The notes under the pieces: model-generated
Seen by the model: only the letters and a program-made list of their open reading frames with translations
Told to the model about the DNA's origin: nothing
The model's database searches: none
Assembly: GCA_964252035.1 (NCBI GenBank)
Contig: OZ176204.1
Source of the DNA: Podarcis erhardii
Lineage: Eukaryota
Reading direction: 5' to 3' (one strand)
Length of the DNA: 64,000 nt
Program-made: the position numbers and the translations under genes
Shown here: piece after piece, positions 62,401 to 64,000 of the stretch
How positions within the stretch are numbered: the stretch's first letter is position 1
Layout of the letters: each line of letters begins with the position of its first letter

Positions 62401-62540
62401 AACACTTTGGGCAGGTCCCTTTGCGTTTAAATCAGGGCTGGGGAACTGGTGGTCCTCCAGATAGTGTTGGAGGGCTTTTTCCATCATTCCTGACCATCGC
62501 TCTTGCTGACTCCGGCTTTTGGGAGCCAGAGTCCAATAAG

Positions 62541-62613
62541 AAGATTCCTGCTTGCCCAGGGGTTGGAATAGATGGCCCATGGGGTCCCATCCAATTCTAC
62601 GATTCTATGATTC
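62541..62613 (+). mobile_element. SINE 3' half fragment (CR1-type tail)
   Basis: aagattcctgcttgcccaggggttggaatagatgg...ttctacgattctatgattc. Confidence 0.7.
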
Positions 62614-64000
62614 ACAGGTTCGCCAGCCCAGTCTTGAAAGCTGCCAAGAGAAGAATTCAACAGCTGAAGCATTGGTGCATCTGGGGTAGACTTCACCTGT
62701 TGGATATCCTCCTGAAAGGGCATCTGGGCAGAGAAAAGGGCAATGTGATTTGCAGGGAGGATGGGGAAGTCCCTGCCAGGATGCTGCCAGTTGAATGCTT
62801 GTGTTTGTGCCTCTCCAAACCTTACGTGTCCAGGATTGAGTTGGCCCAAAGTGCATGGGCATCCTGTGACCCTGTTGGATGACCAGGGCTGGAGAGAGAA
62901 GCTATGCCACACATTTAAGGGGAAACCCAAGAGGCTCTCTGGCCTGATGGGTGTGTGTGGAAGGTTTCTCTTTTGAAGAAGGGTAGAGGAAGCTAAAGCA
63001 GCAGCAATACAGACTTGCTCCTGATACACCCTAATAGTTGGCATCGCTCCTGGAGCAGGATTGGAATCTGAGTAAACTTTTCCTGCATTGATCCTATCAA
63101 CATCCCTGGGATGGGAAACCTTAGCTCTGTCCCAGAATGCCCACGTGGCCACAGCCAAGTCTCACCATCTTCCTTAACTTCACTAAGCAGAAGCTTGAAG
63201 GCTCTGCCATCTCAAGTTTTGAAATCTTTAGATTTCAGACAAAACCAAGCAAGATTCCTGGTAGGCAGTTGTTTCCCCAAAATTGTTCTCCAAAGGAAAT
63301 AAGAAGCCTGTGTTTCAAAGGCTACAGATGATGGATCTCACATTAGGTTTCACAGGTAGCAGTTCTGATTCTCTCTCTCTCTCTCTTTCTCTCTCTCCAA
63401 CAAAGAAAGAGGATCTTTGCCTCTCTGCTCCCTTTCATGTGAGAGTCTGCCTAATCACAAGAGAGCCAAGGCTGTGAAAAGAATGAAATGCAGGGTTCAA
63501 ATGCTCAGGCCTTGGATGTGGAGTCAGCTTACATCAAAGCCTGCCTAAGACATTTTTCTGCCTGAGGAAAGACAAGATGGTGCCTTCTCCTAGTCAATGT
63601 ATGGAAACCAGCTACATTGGCAGTTGACTCTTCCACACTGGCAACATGGCAATGCCCTCAACTGAATCTGACGGTACCAGGCTAGCCTGAGGGTGGGGTG
63701 CAGGGCTGGTCATGTGGTCTTCTGCACACCTCTGTCTGTTCCACACTCCTGAGCATCTGCCTGACTCTGCCTAATGGTAGGGTCGGCACCAAATTACATC
63801 TCAACACAGTGTCCTCATCTGCATAATTATTCTCACCTAAGGTTGTACCTACAACAATGGTCTGCTCAACAAAATTGCAAATCTCCAAAACAGCTTGCTG
63901 CTGGTTATTCACACAACCCTTCCCTTCAAAAGACCGCAGGACCGAGAATCTTCTAAGGGCACTTTCACACAACCTTTTAAAAGAAAAAACTACCATCCTG

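Noticed and set aside
62620-64000. Terminal exons of the expected upstream neighbour PYROXD2
   Set aside because: I found no matching C-terminal peptide in any frame. The gene probably lies beyond the window.

Overview
Vertebrate genomic DNA, most likely from a lacertid lizard. The taxon is inferred from a full-length Sauria SINE and squamate-type L1, L2 and CR1 fragments. Two spliced genes converge. R3HCC1L is on the + strand, with a CpG-island promoter at about 4.5-5.5 kb, 6 coding exons at 23330-39491 and about 766 aa. LOXL4 is on the - strand, with a non-coding exon 1 near 62.0-62.2 kb, 14 coding exons at 60745-48433, about 743 aa, four SRCR domains and an intact lysyl-oxidase domain. I built both models by hand from GT-AG junctions, and the reading phases are consistent at every coding junction. 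Gene names come from remembered human orthologue sequences and the R3HCC1L-LOXL4 synteny, not from a database search. The remainder is intronic or intergenic, with many hAT and TcMar MITEs (TIRs and TSDs checked by eye), tRNA-derived SINEs, LINE fragments and several candidate conserved non-coding elements. I found no new protein-coding system. The best leads are: (1) two unrelated TcMar MITEs that each carry GC-rich tandem arrays of near-perfect palindromes with compensatory changes between arms; (2) a hAT MITE family carrying inverted ZNF143/THAP11-type ACTACAnnTCCCA motifs like the one in the R3HCC1L promoter; (3) a degenerate 19-aa repeat in the large R3HCC1L exon; (4) PBX/HOX/MEIS motif clusters in R3HCC1L introns; (5) inverted SINE pairs bracketing LOXL4 exons.
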